64,000 bases of DNA from Escherichia coli (lineage in GTDB: Bacteria; Pseudomonadota; Gammaproteobacteria; Enterobacterales; Enterobacteriaceae): NCBI RefSeq assembly GCF_013315695.1, contig NZ_CP054353.1; one strand, 5' to 3'. The translations under genes were made by a program, and so were the position numbers. The notes below the pieces were generated by a model. It searched no databases. It was given only the letters and a program-made list of their open reading frames with translations, and was not told the DNA's origin. This document shows, piece after piece, positions 47,825 to 58,500 of the stretch. Every line of letters begins with the position of its first letter. Positions within the stretch are counted from its first letter, which is position 1.

Positions 47825-49250
47825 AAAACGGAGTTGAAAAAATGGTGTCTGAAAGAAGGTACCATCATTGCGATGACAAACACTTTGGCGTGGATAATGT
47901 AATTAATTGCTGAAATTGACCGTATATGCGGTAAGACTCATATCAGTATCAGGTCCGGTTAATTGCTGATACTGACATAAACTTTTTACAAAAGGATGAA
48001 TGCAGAAGGTTACTCTAATGGCCAGAGTGATGACAATGATGGTCAGACGTTGACCTGCAGAAACTGCATTTTAATTGGTCTATAAAGTCTGCAAGAGGAA
48101 TCAGGGTCAGATCAGTGAGTCTTATCGCGGCCCGAAGCTATGACTGAAAGAAGGCTGGATACAGAATTGCAACAATTTGGCAATGTCAGAACACAGAAGC
48201 TTTGCAAGCAGGTGAAAGGTTATGTCTAGAAAAAGGAGTATATCAGAATACATCTACTGATGTACAAAACACAACAATAGCTTCATGATATATAAATACG
48301 TGATGACGAGTGGTACTCCGCATGGTTATTTAACTTCTCAGCACCACTAATGATCCTGAGCAACTTCGTATTTGGGCCATTGCCATGGAGTAGAAAGCTG
48401 TGTCTGAGAATGCAGAATTTGAGAAAAGAATTCGCTTTCTTGGAGAGCTTCTGAAAATGGCACGCTAACAACGCTTTGTTAAAAAATGTGAATCACTTGC
48501 CGAGGCTGCATTTTCTATTCGAGGAGAATGTTGACGTAGATATTACAGAAATCTCAGCGCATCAGGATAAACTGCTACCTTAGGTCAACCACCAAAAGAA
48601 AATACAATACGTCCAGTTTGTATGCCTTTAATAACACATCTTTTAAATGTTGAAGAATTATCCCGCCTGCTGAAGAACGTTGCTCTGAGTGTGATAAACC
48701 TTTTTATTCTTGATGATGTCAGCGAGAAGATGGAATATATCCCCGACTGGGTCGTGGTTACCCGGTTAAACATCTGGTGGCGCTAATAAATCTGGCAAGT
48801 CACATTCTGTTGAATGCTGTGACAGTGCCTTACCGAGAGAGCGAAATTGTGGTGTTCTAGTGCATAGTCGCCACCATTCCGGATAATTTTATTGCGTTGT
48901 TTTACAACTTCTTTTACAGCGCAGATCTGTCGCTGACGTTGAATCAATAGCCTGGATTTCAGAACACAATGCCCGTTTGCTGGTTGGTCCGGCAGTAGCA
49001 TTAATTCATTATCTGAATGAAATGTGTCAATCCACAGAAACCGCTGTCAATGACGCATTTTGTCGGACGTTAACACGAGAAAGTCTGGCTATTCCGTAAT
49101 GCCATCTTATTTCGTAATGGATTGAGAATGCTGGATTTTTAATTATATTACGCGCAGTATTAATCGCGTAAATGTTTTGCGGTCAGCAACGGTGGGGGAT
49201 CCATTGCTCTGTTCAATGAATACCATCATACATTTGAATCAGGAGTCGGT

Positions 49251-49796
49251 ATGATGATTTTGGTGACGGGAGGCGCACGGAGCGGGAAGAGTCGCCACGC
49301 AGAGGTGCTTATTGGGGACTCTTCACAGGTTCTGTATATCGCTACCTCGCAAATCCTTGATGATGAGATGGCTGCACGGATAGAACATCATCGGCAAAGC
49401 CGCCCGGAGCACTGGCGCACAGTGGAGCGCTGGCAACATCTTGATGAATTAATTCATGCAGACATTAACCCGAATGAGGCTGTGTTGCTGGAATGCGTTA
49501 CCACAATGGTGACTAATCTGTTGTTTGATTATGGCGGCGATAAAGACCCTGATGAATGGGATTATCAGGCGATGGAACAGGCGATTAATGCTGAGATTCA
49601 GTCGTTGATTGCTGCCTGCCAACGTTGCCCCGCAAAGGTTGTATTAGTGACTAACGAAGTGGGAATGGGGATTGTGCCGGAGAGTCGTCTGGCACGACAT
49701 TTTCGTGATATTGCCGGGCGGGTAAATCAGCAGTTGGCCGCTGCGGCAAATGAAGTATGGCTGGTGGTTTCGGGTATTGGAGTAAAAATCAAATGA
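49251..49796 (+). CDS. cobU: Adenosylcobinamide kinase / adenosylcobinamide-phosphate guanylyltransferase
   Basis: 181 aa with P-loop GGARSGKS and AGGAG RBS. Confidence 0.95.
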   Translation: MMILVTGGARSGKSRHAEVLIGDSSQVLYIATSQILDDEMAARIEHHRQSRPEHWRTVERWQHLDELIHADINPNEAVLLECVTTMVTNLLFDYGGDKDPDEWDYQAMEQAINAEIQSLIAACQRCPAKVVLVTNEVGMGIVPESRLARHFRDIAGRVNQQLAAAANEVWLVVSGIGVKIK

Positions 49797-50536
49797 GTAA
49801 ATTATTTTGGGCGATGCTCTCATTTATTACGCGTCTGCCTGTACCGCGTCGCTGGTCCCAGGGACTGGATTTCGAGCATTATTCTCGCGGTATTATTACT
49901 TTTCCTTTGATTGGATTATTGCTTGGCGCGATTAGCGGGCTGGTCTTCATGGTGCTGCAGGCATGGTGTGGCGTACCACTGGCGGCACTGTTTAGCGTAC
50001 TTGTGCTGGCGCTGATGACCGGGGGATTCCATCTGGACGGCCTCGCTGATACCTGTGATGGCGTATTTTCTGCACGTAGCCGCGATCGCATGTTGGAAAT
50101 CATGCGTGATAGCCGTTTAGGCACCCACGGCGGTCTGGCATTGATTTTTGTGGTACTGGCAAAGATTCTGGTGTTAAGCGAGTTGGCTCTGCGTGGCGAA
50201 CCGATCCTTGCATCGCTGGCGGCAGCATGTGCGGTCAGCCGCGGGACTGCCGCATTATTGATGTATCGTCATCGTTATGCGCGGGAAGAAGGGCTTGGCA
50301 ATGTGTTCATTGGCAAAATTGATGGGCGACAAACCTGCGTCACACTCGGCTTAGCCGCTATTTTTGCTGCCGTATTATTGCCGGGTATGCATGGTGTGGC
50401 TGCTATGGTGGTGACGATGGTGGCGATTTTCATCCTCGGTCAGCTTCTCAAACGTACGCTGGGCGGGCAAACGGGCGATACGCTGGGAGCAGCCATAGAG
50501 TTTGGTGAACTGGTTTTCCTGCTGGCACTGCTATAA
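49793..50536 (+). CDS. cobS: Adenosylcobinamide-GDP ribazoletransferase (cobalamin synthase)
   Basis: 247 aa from [15 protein letters not shown] overlap with cobU. Confidence 0.95.
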
Positions 50537-50547
50537 AGAGACGTGAC

Positions 50548-51627
50548 ATGCAAATACTTGCCGATTTACTGAATACGATCCCAGCCATCAATTCTGCCGC
50601 TATGTCGCGTGCACAACGGCATGTTGACGGGTTACTCAAACCTGTTGGTAGCCTGGGAAAGCTGGAGGCGCTTGCCATACAACTGGCAGGAATGCCGGGG
50701 TTGAATGGCATACCGCATGTGGGCAAAAAAGCAGTACTGGTTATGTGTGCCGATCACGGCGTCTGGGAGGAAGGGGTCGCTATTTCTCCAAAAGAAGTGA
50801 CAGCCATACAGGCTGAAAATATGACCCGTGGAACAACCGGCGTGTGTGTGCTGGCAGCACAAGCGGGCGCTAACGTCCACGTAATTGATGTTGGTATTGA
50901 TACTGCTGAGCCTATCCCCGGGCTTATCAACATGCGTGTCGCACGAGGTAGCGGCAATATTGCTTCAGCTCCGGCAATGAGTCGCCGTCAGGCTGAAAAG
51001 TTGCTTTTGGACGTCATATGTTATACGCGGGAGCTGGCAAAAAACGGTGTCACGCTGTTTGGTGTAGGTGAACTGGGGATGGCAAACACGACACCGGCAG
51101 CGGCAATAGTCAGCACAATCACTGGCCGGGATCCTGAAGAAGTGGTTGGGATTGGCGCAAACCTGCCGACAGATAAACTGGCTAATAAAATTGATGTTGT
51201 GCGTCGGGCGATTACGTTGAATCAACCAAATCCTCAGGATGGTGTTGATGTCCTGGCAAAAGTGGGTGGATTTGATTTGGTCGGAATAGCTGGAGTGATG
51301 TTAGGTGCTGCTTCCTGCGGTTTACCCGTGTTGCTGGATGGATTTCTTTCTTATGCTGCTGCGCTCGCAGCCTGCCAGATGTCTCCTGCAATCAAACCGT
51401 ATCTCATTCCTTCTCACTTGTCGGCAGAAAAAGGCGCGCGTATAGCGCTCTCGCATTTGGGGCTGGAGCCTTATCTCAATATGGATATGCGTTTAGGTGA
51501 GGGGAGTGGTGCAGCTCTGGCGATGTCCATCATCGAAGCTGCTTGTGCGATATACAACAACATGGGCGAACTTGCTGCCAGTAATATTGTTCTACCGGGG
51601 AATACGACTTCTGATTTGAACAGCTAA
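50548..51627 (+). CDS. cobT: Nicotinate-nucleotide--dimethylbenzimidazole phosphoribosyltransferase
   Basis: 359 aa, CobT family. Confidence 0.95.
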
Positions 51628-51691
51628 AAACGAAAAGTCTGATAAAAGCTATACTTATCGGATAGTATTCGCGACTTAGGAAAGGGACATG

Positions 51692-52624
51692 ATGCGTCGT
51701 GTAAATATTCTTTGCTCATTTGCTCTGCTTTTTGCCAGCCAAAATAGCCTGGCGGTAACTTATCCATTACCTCCAGAGGGTAGCCGTTTAGTGGGGCAGT
51801 CGCTTACTGTAACTGTTCCTGATCACAATACTCAGCCGCTGGAGACTTTTGCCGCACAATACGGGCAAGGGTTAAGTAATATGCTGGAAGCGAATCCGGG
51901 CGCTGATGTTTTTTTGCCGAAGCCTGGCTCACAACTCACCATTCCGCAGCAACTGATTTTGCCCGCCACTGTTCGTAAAGGGATTGTGGTTAACGTCGCT
52001 GAAATGCGTCTTTATTACTATCCGCCAGACAGTAATACAGTGGAAGTCTTTCCTATTGGTATCGGCCAGGCTGGGCGAGAAACCCCGCGTAACTGGGTGA
52101 CTACCGTTGAACGTAAACAAGAAGCACCAACCTGGACGCCAACGCCGAACACCCGGCGCGAATATGCGAAACGAGGGGAGAGTTTGCCCGCATTTGTTCC
52201 TGCGGGGCCCGATAACCCCATGGGGCTGTACGCGATTTATATTGGCAAGTTGTATGCCATCCACGGTACCAATGCCAATTTTGGTATTGGGCTCCGTGTA
52301 AGTCAGGGCTGTATTCGTCTGCGTAATGACGATATCAAATATCTGTTTGATAATGTTCCTGTAGGCACTCGTGTACAAATTATTGATCAGCCAGTGAAAT
52401 ACACAACGGAACCGGATGGTTCAAAGTGGCTGGAAGTTCATGAGCCGCTGTCGCGCAATCGTGCAGAATATGAGTCTGACCGAAAAGTGCCATTGCCGGT
52501 AACCCCATCTTTGCGGGCGTTTATCAACGGGCAAGAAGTTGATGTAAATCGCGCAAATGCTGCGTTGCAACATCGATCGGGAATGCCTGTGCAAATTAGT
52601 TCTGGTTCAAGACAGATGTTTTAA
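51692..52624 (+). CDS. ldtA: L,D-transpeptidase LdtA (ErfK)
   Basis: 310 aa from [10 protein letters not shown]. YkuD domain with HGTN..SQGCIRL catalytic motif. Confidence 0.94.
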   Translation: MRRVNILCSFALLFASQNSLAVTYPLPPEGSRLVGQSLTVTVPDHNTQPLETFAAQYGQGLSNMLEANPGADVFLPKPGSQLTIPQQLILPATVRKGIVVNVAEMRLYYYPPDSNTVEVFPIGIGQAGRETPRNWVTTVERKQEAPTWTPTPNTRREYAKRGESLPAFVPAGPDNPMGLYAIYIGKLYAIHGTNANFGIGLRVSQGCIRLRNDDIKYLFDNVPVGTRVQIIDQPVKYTTEPDGSKWLEVHEPLSRNRAEYESDRKVPLPVTPSLRAFINGQEVDVNRANAALQHRSGMPVQISSGSRQMF

Positions 52625-52645
52625 GAGCGTTGGTAATTAGAAAGT

Positions 52646-52675
52646 AAAAAGCCTGCTCGAAAGCAGGCTTTTTTG
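52646..52675. terminator. Bidirectional terminator between ldtA and asnV
   Basis: AAAAAGCCTGCT-CGAA-AGCAGGCTTTTTT. Confidence 0.85.
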
Positions 52676-52679
52676 AATT

Positions 52680-52755
52680 TGGCTCCTCTGACTGGACTCG
52701 AACCAGTGACATACGGATTAACAGTCCGCCGTTCTACCGACTGAACTACAGAGGA
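52680..52755 (-). tRNA. asnV: tRNA-Asn (GUU)
   Basis: Reverse complement is TCCTCTGTAGTTCAGTCGGTAGAACGGCGGACTGTTAATCCGTATGTCACTGGTTCGAGTCCAGTCAGAGGAGCCA. Anticodon loop CTGTTAA, encoded CCA end. Confidence 0.97.
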
Positions 52756-53010
52756 ATCGTGTGAACGGGGCGCATATTAATGGCAGTGCATGGTGATGTC
52801 AAAGGGTGAAATGCATTTTTTTGTTTGTTTGCTGACAATTTCAACAAAGTGGTGAGCTTTCAATCTTATTGGGTAATGAACCATCGTGGTGCATACCCCC
52901 CTTTTATAGGGCAGGTGAATGCGACTGCTGATAAAAAGGGCCAATGACGAATCTATCATAATCTCTTATTTGACAGTTGGTTAGCTTGCGCATCAACGCT
53001 AAAATAGAAC

Positions 53011-53026
53011 TGGCAAGCATCTTGCA
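53011..53026 (+). promoter_or_regulatory. Sigma-54 promoter of nac (-24/-12 elements)
   Basis: TGGCAAGCATCTTGCA fits TGGCAC-N5-TTGCA, about 55 bp upstream of the nac ATG. nac is a known sigma-54/NtrC target. Confidence 0.8.
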
Positions 53027-53081
53027 TTCTGGTTGTAAGTAATGGCGGCACTTGGGCCGATTCTTAAAAACCGGAGGCAAC

Positions 53082-53999
53082 ATGAACTTCAGACGCCTGA
53101 AATACTTCGTAAAAATTGTAGATATTGGTAGCCTGACCCAGGCTGCTGAAGTATTGCATATCGCACAACCAGCGCTCAGCCAGCAGGTTGCCACACTGGA
53201 AGGTGAGTTAAATCAACAGCTTTTGATTCGCACAAAACGGGGCGTTACGCCAACAGGCGCCGGAAAAATTCTCTATACCCATGCACGGGCCATTTTACGT
53301 CAGTGTGAGCAGGCCCAACTGGCGGTGCATAACGTTGGTCAGTCATTATCGGGGCAAGTCTCGATTGGCTTTGCGCCAGGAACCGCTGCGTCATCCATCA
53401 CCATGCCCTTATTACAGGCGGTTCGCGCTGAATTCCCGGAGGTCGTTATCTATCTTCATGAAAATAGTGGTGCAGTGCTTAACGAAAAACTGATAAATCA
53501 CCAACTCGATATGGCGGTGATTTATGAGCATTCCCCTGTGGCTGGGGTATCCAGTCAGGCTTTGCTGAAAGAAGATCTTTTCCTGGTAGGAACTCAAGAT
53601 TGCCCGGGGCAAAGCGTTGATGTTAATGCTATTGCGCAAATGAACCTTTTTCTCCCCAGTGATTACAGCGCTGTTAGACTTCGTGTTGATGAGGCTTTTT
53701 CCCTACGGCGGCTCACGGCAAAAGTCATTGGTGAAATTGAGTCTATTGCCACGCTTACTGCAGCGATTGCCAGCGGCATGGGCGTTGCAGTATTACCTGA
53801 ATCGGCTGCGCGTTCGTTATGTGGCGCAGTAAATGGGTGGATGTCACGCATTACCACTCCTTCAATGAGTCTCTCTTTGTCCTTAAATTTACCCGCCAGA
53901 GCAAACTTGTCACCACAGGCACAGGCAGTGAAAGAGTTGTTAATGTCAGTGATTAGTTCTCCAGTGATGGAAAAAAGGCAGTGGCAATTGGTGAGCTAA
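53082..53999 (+). CDS. nac: Nitrogen assimilation control protein (LysR family)
   Basis: 305 aa from MNFRRLKYFVKIVDIGSLTQAAEVLHIAQPALSQQV, GGAGG RBS. Confidence 0.95.
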   Translation: MNFRRLKYFVKIVDIGSLTQAAEVLHIAQPALSQQVATLEGELNQQLLIRTKRGVTPTGAGKILYTHARAILRQCEQAQLAVHNVGQSLSGQVSIGFAPGTAASSITMPLLQAVRAEFPEVVIYLHENSGAVLNEKLINHQLDMAVIYEHSPVAGVSSQALLKEDLFLVGTQDCPGQSVDVNAIAQMNLFLPSDYSAVRLRVDEAFSLRRLTAKVIGEIESIATLTAAIASGMGVAVLPESAARSLCGAVNGWMSRITTPSMSLSLSLNLPARANLSPQAQAVKELLMSVISSPVMEKRQWQLVS

Positions 54000-54100
54000 G
54001 CGTTATATCGGGATGGAATAAGATGCGGGTTTTTATTATTTGTTATGCCGGGCATTAGACTTTAACAATAACGGGATATCTGAACTGCCCGGAGTTTACC

Positions 54101-55051
54101 GTGAATTTCCAACAACTAAAGATAATCCGCGAGGCTGCACGTCAGGATTACAACCTGACAGAGGTTGCGAATATGCTTTTTACCTCACAGTCAGGCGTTA
54201 GCCGTCATATTCGGGAACTGGAGGATGAACTTGGCATCGAAATATTTGTTCGACGAGGTAAGCGACTGCTGGGCATGACTGAACCGGGCAAAGCATTACT
54301 GGTCATTGCAGAACGCATTCTGAATGAAGCCAGTAATGTTCGTCGGCTCGCAGACCTGTTTACCAACGATACGTCTGGCGTTCTCACTATTGCAACGACG
54401 CATACTCAGGCACGTTATAGCTTGCCTGAGGTCATTAAAGCTTTTCGCGAACTTTTCCCGGAGGTTCGGCTGGAGCTAATCCAGGGTACACCACAGGAAA
54501 TTGCGACGTTGTTGCAAAATGGCGAAGCTGATATTGGTATCGCCAGCGAGCGTTTGAGTAATGACCCGCAGCTCGTCGCCTTCCCGTGGTTTCGTTGGCA
54601 CCATAGTTTGCTTGTTCCACTCGATCATCCCTTGACGCAAATTACACCGTTGACGCTGGAATCAATAGCGAAGTGGCCGTTAATTACTTACCGACAGGGA
54701 ATTACGGGGCGCTCACGCATTGATGACGCATTTGCCCGCAAAGGTTTGCCGGCAGATATTGTATTAAGTGCACAGGATTCTGCTGTCATTAAAACCTATG
54801 TTGCTCTTGGGCTTGGGATCGGATTAGTTGCCGAACAATCCAGCGGCGAACAAGAGGAAAAGAATTTAATCCGCCTGGATACGCGGCATCTTTTCGATGC
54901 TAATACTGTCTGGTTGGGACTGAAGCGAGGGCAACTTCAGCGTAACTATGTCTGGCGCTTTCTGGAACTTTGTAATGCAGGACTGTCAGTTGAGGATATC
55001 AAGCGCCAGGTGATGGAAAACAGTGAAGAGGAAATTGATTATCAGATATAG
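54101..55051 (+). CDS. cbl: CysB-like transcriptional activator Cbl (LysR family)
   Basis: 316 aa, GTG start, MNFQQLKIIREAARQDYNLTEVANMLFTSQSGVSRHIRELE. Confidence 0.95.
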   Translation: MNFQQLKIIREAARQDYNLTEVANMLFTSQSGVSRHIRELEDELGIEIFVRRGKRLLGMTEPGKALLVIAERILNEASNVRRLADLFTNDTSGVLTIATTHTQARYSLPEVIKAFRELFPEVRLELIQGTPQEIATLLQNGEADIGIASERLSNDPQLVAFPWFRWHHSLLVPLDHPLTQITPLTLESIAKWPLITYRQGITGRSRIDDAFARKGLPADIVLSAQDSAVIKTYVALGLGIGLVAEQSSGEQEEKNLIRLDTRHLFDANTVWLGLKRGQLQRNYVWRFLELCNAGLSVEDIKRQVMENSEEEIDYQI

Positions 55052-55054
55052 CAA

Positions 55055-55079
55055 AAAGCCCGCTATAAAAGCGGGCTTT
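55055..55079. terminator. Bidirectional terminator between cbl and asnU
   Basis: AAAGCCCGC-TATAAAA-GCGGGCTTTT. Confidence 0.8.
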
Positions 55080-55088
55080 TCAGAAATT

Positions 55089-55164
55089 TGGCTCCTCTGA
55101 CTGGACTCGAACCAGTGACATACGGATTAACAGTCCGCCGTTCTACCGACTGAACTACAGAGGA
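55089..55164 (-). tRNA. asnU: tRNA-Asn (GUU)
   Basis: 76 nt, identical to the copy at 52680..52755. Confidence 0.97.
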
Positions 55165-55324
55165 ATCGCTGTTGAGGCACATCTTAACGGCGAAAAATAT
55201 TTTGTCAAACCCGATTTTTAAATTTCCCAACTGTTTGCCGTTTCTATCAACAGTTTGTTGCATTTGCAGACAATTTGTTGGCGAAAATCTTTGCAGCTTT
55301 GCTGATTCTCCCTCATCATTTGAA

Positions 55325-56812
55325 ATGTGGTTTCACTTTCTGCAATTAAGGTCGGCTTTGAATATCTCCTCTGCTTTACGCCAGGTTGTTCACGGCACTC
55401 GCTGGCACTCTAAACGCAAGAGCTACAAAGTGTTGTTCTGGCGCGAGATAACCCCGCTTGCTGTTCCTATCTTCATGGAGAACGCCTGTGTCCTGTTGAT
55501 GGGGGTCCTGAGCACTTTTCTGGTCAGCTGGCTGGGAAAAGATGCGATGGCCGGCGTGGGGTTGGCGGACAGCTTCAATATGGTCATTATGGCTTTTTTT
55601 GCAGCTATCGATCTTGGTACTACTGTCGTTGTAGCATTTAGTCTCGGTAAGCGAGATCGACGACGAGCGAGGGTGGGGACGCGGCAGTCATTGGTGATCA
55701 TGACGTTGTTTGCCGTACTGTTGGCAACGCTAATTCATCATTTTGGCGAACAAATTATTGATTTCGTCGCGGGTGATGCCACGACAGACGTTAAAGCACT
55801 GGCGTTGACTTATCTGGAGCTGACCGTACTCAGTTATCCAGCAGCTGCCATCACTCTTATTGGTAGCGGGGCACTTCGTGGTGCAGGGAATACGAAAATA
55901 CCGCTACTGATTAACGGTAGCCTGAATATTCTTAATATTATTATTAGCGGCATATTGATTTACGGCCTTTTCTCCTGGCCGGGACTGGGATTTGTCGGGG
56001 CTGGGTTGGGTTTAACCATTTCTCGTTATATTGGCGCAGTTGCAATTTTGTGGGTGCTGGCGATTGGTTTTAATCCTGCGCTAAGGATTTCATTAAAGAG
56101 CTATTTTAAACCGCTGAATTTTAGCATTATCTGGGAAGTCATGGGGATTGGTATTCCAGCGAGTGTCGAATCAGTGCTATTTACCAGTGGTCGGTTATTA
56201 ACCCAAATGTTCGTTGCCGGGATGGGGACCAGCGTTATTGCCGGAAATTTTATCGCGTTTTCAATTGCGGCTCTTATCAACTTACCCGGAAGTGCGCTCG
56301 GTTCTGCTTCTACGATCATTACAGGCCGAAGGTTGGGGGTAGGGCAGATAGCGCAAGCAGAGATTCAGTTGCGGCATGTGTTCTGGCTGTCCACTCTTGG
56401 ATTAACGGCCATCGCCTGGCTAACGGCTCCCTTTGCCGGGGTTATGGCATCGTTTTACACCCAGGATCCACAGGTTAAACACGTCGTTGTGATTCTGATT
56501 TGGCTAAATGCTTTATTTATGCCTATTTGGTCCGCCTCATGGGTGCTACCCGCTGGATTTAAGGGTGCTCGTGATGCCCGTTACGCCATGTGGGTTTCTA
56601 TGTTGAGCATGTGGGGTTGCCGGGTTGTAGTCGGTTATGTGCTGGGAATCATGCTTGGCTGGGGTGTGGTTGGTGTCTGGATGGGAATGTTTGCCGACTG
56701 GGCTGTGCGGGCCGTGCTGTTTTACTGGCGAATGGTTACTGGACGTTGGCTGTGGAAATACCCTCGACCCGAGCCGCAAAAGTGTGAAAAAAAGCCAGTT
56801 GTGTCGGAATAA
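55325..56812 (+). CDS. yeeO: MATE-family efflux transporter YeeO
   Basis: 495 aa from MWFHFLQLRS. The ORF-track start at 55172 would abut the tRNA and is rejected. Confidence 0.9.
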   Translation: MWFHFLQLRSALNISSALRQVVHGTRWHSKRKSYKVLFWREITPLAVPIFMENACVLLMGVLSTFLVSWLGKDAMAGVGLADSFNMVIMAFFAAIDLGTTVVVAFSLGKRDRRRARVGTRQSLVIMTLFAVLLATLIHHFGEQIIDFVAGDATTDVKALALTYLELTVLSYPAAAITLIGSGALRGAGNTKIPLLINGSLNILNIIISGILIYGLFSWPGLGFVGAGLGLTISRYIGAVAILWVLAIGFNPALRISLKSYFKPLNFSIIWEVMGIGIPASVESVLFTSGRLLTQMFVAGMGTSVIAGNFIAFSIAALINLPGSALGSASTIITGRRLGVGQIAQAEIQLRHVFWLSTLGLTAIAWLTAPFAGVMASFYTQDPQVKHVVVILIWLNALFMPIWSASWVLPAGFKGARDARYAMWVSMLSMWGCRVVVGYVLGIMLGWGVVGVWMGMFADWAVRAVLFYWRMVTGRWLWKYPRPEPQKCEKKPVVSE

Positions 56813-56912
56813 ACGACAAAGTGCAGATTATTTCAGCAAACGATTTCAAATTTAAAAAACAGGCTTTGACATTGTGGATGGGCATCGCTAATATTCGCCT
56901 CGTTCTCACGAT

Positions 56913-56988
56913 TCCTCTGTAGTTCAGTCGGTAGAACGGCGGACTGTTAATCCGTATGTCACTGGTTCGAGTCCAGTCAGAGGAGCCA
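56913..56988 (+). tRNA. asnW: tRNA-Asn (GUU)
   Basis: 76 nt, identical to the other two copies but on the opposite strand. Confidence 0.97.
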
Positions 56989-57050
56989 AATTTTAGTTTT
57001 GAGACATCTCTATGAGTCTCAGGACAGTTAAAAAATAAAAATTATTTTTA

Positions 57051-57084
57051 CCCGGTCACTTTGTAAAAAAGTGGCCGGGTTTTT
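57051..57084 (+). terminator. Terminator after asnW
   Basis: CCCGGTCAC..GTGGCCGGG stem (one G-U pair) followed by TTTTT. Confidence 0.7.
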
Positions 57085-57441
57085 GATTTCTGTGTTTCGT
57101 GCGCTTAATCGAGTCTCACGCTTCAGTGAGCAAATTGCCCCTCCCCAACAGACATCACGATTCACAAGGTCAAAAATTCTGTTCCATGAAGTACCGTACA
57201 AAGATAAAGAGAAAAATGCCTTATGCGGGATGTAGCTGTCGCGTCTTTATCGGGAAACTATACGTAATTGCCACTTTGTCTTCGGTAATCAGAAAAAGAA
57301 GACCTGCCATTTTAATAAATATTATTTCTCTGGGAACGGGGATTTTTTATAAGCAATATGACGAGTTAAACATTATATTTTTATAAGGATTATATGAGAT
57401 TAAAGAAATCTGCCATAAAGACAGATTTCTTTAACATATAA

Positions 57442-58158
57442 TTAGAGATTTGCGACGTTATGATAAACTTTTTGTACATCGTCGTCATCTTCAAGGGCAT
57501 CAACAAGCCCTTCAAAGATTTCTAAATCTTCTGGGGAAAGCTCAACTTCAGATTGAGCAATCATTTCTAATTCTGTTGTTGAGAACTCAGTGATTCCAGC
57601 TGCTTTTAGCGCCGCGATTCCTTTATGAAGGTCAGTAGGTTCAGTATAAATAACAATATTACCTTCTTCTTCAGTTACATCACGAACATCAATTTCAGCT
57701 TCAAGCAAAATTTCAAAAATATGGTCAGGGTCTGTTCCTTTAAATACAATCACCCCCGTATTGTCAAACATATAGCTGACAGAACCTGCCGCTCCGATAT
57801 TGCCGCCTTTTTTATTGAAAATTGTGCGAACGTTAGCAATCGTACGGTTAACATTTGAAGTCAATGTCTCAGCAATAATCATTGAGCCATTAGGACCAAA
57901 GCCTTCATAACGTCCCTGTACGAACGTTTCATCTCCACCGCCTTTGGCTTTATCAATTGCTTTATCAATAACGTGCTTTGGAACTTGTGCCTGCTTTGCA
58001 CGTTCAATAACGAATTTTAAAGATGTGTTTAATTCTGGATCGGGTTCACCTTGTTTGGCAGCAGCATAGATTTCTACACCGAATTTTGCATAAATTTTAG
58101 ACGTTGCACCGTCTTTAGCCGTTTTTTTAGCAACAATATTGGCCCATTTACGTCCCAC
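57442..58158 (-). CDS. yeeN: YebC/PmpR-family transcriptional regulator YeeN
   Basis: 238 aa from [17 protein letters not shown]. The gene is visibly AT-rich. Confidence 0.92.
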   Translation of the reverse strand: MGRKWANIVAKKTAKDGATSKIYAKFGVEIYAAAKQGEPDPELNTSLKFVIERAKQAQVPKHVIDKAIDKAKGGGDETFVQGRYEGFGPNGSMIIAETLTSNVNRTIANVRTIFNKKGGNIGAAGSVSYMFDNTGVIVFKGTDPDHIFEILLEAEIDVRDVTEEEGNIVIYTEPTDLHKGIAALKAAGITEFSTTELEMIAQSEVELSPEDLEIFEGLVDALEDDDDVQKVYHNVANL

Positions 58159-58500
58159 TGGAATGATCTCCTCGAAAATTTATTTACATTACTGGTAAAT
58201 CGTTAACATGTGTTAATTCGGCATATTATATCATAACAGGAAAAATCTCGTCTATTAGAAATAAAAATATTCTAAATCCATAATTTTATATTTAATTTTA
58301 TAAAAAATAATGTTGTTGGCGGGATTTTTTATAATTGTGTTTTGAAAGCATACTTGCTTTTAATATGTGGAAATCATTAAGACGATAATAAAACTCGCAT
58401 CTGCCCAAGGAAGCAAACAGCCAGCGTTTATTGCAGGCTATTTGCCAGATGTCTTACTTAATCCTTCACATCTATTTCTGATAAGAAGGTTCATAACTTA

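Noticed and set aside
55172-55324. N-terminal extension of yeeO
   Set aside because: It would start 8 nt from the asnU tRNA gene. The 495-aa form from ATG 55325 matches the YeeO length I recall.
57099-57386. 95-aa plus-strand ORF between asnW and yeeN
   Set aside because: Non-ATG start, no RBS, AT-rich low-complexity composition, no family resemblance.
56989-57441. Possible pks or HPI-type island, or its scar, at the asnW 3' end
   Set aside because: Only about 450 bp separate asnW from yeeN. There is no integrase fragment and no repeat of the tRNA 3' end; the best match is an 8-nt coincidence at about 57108.
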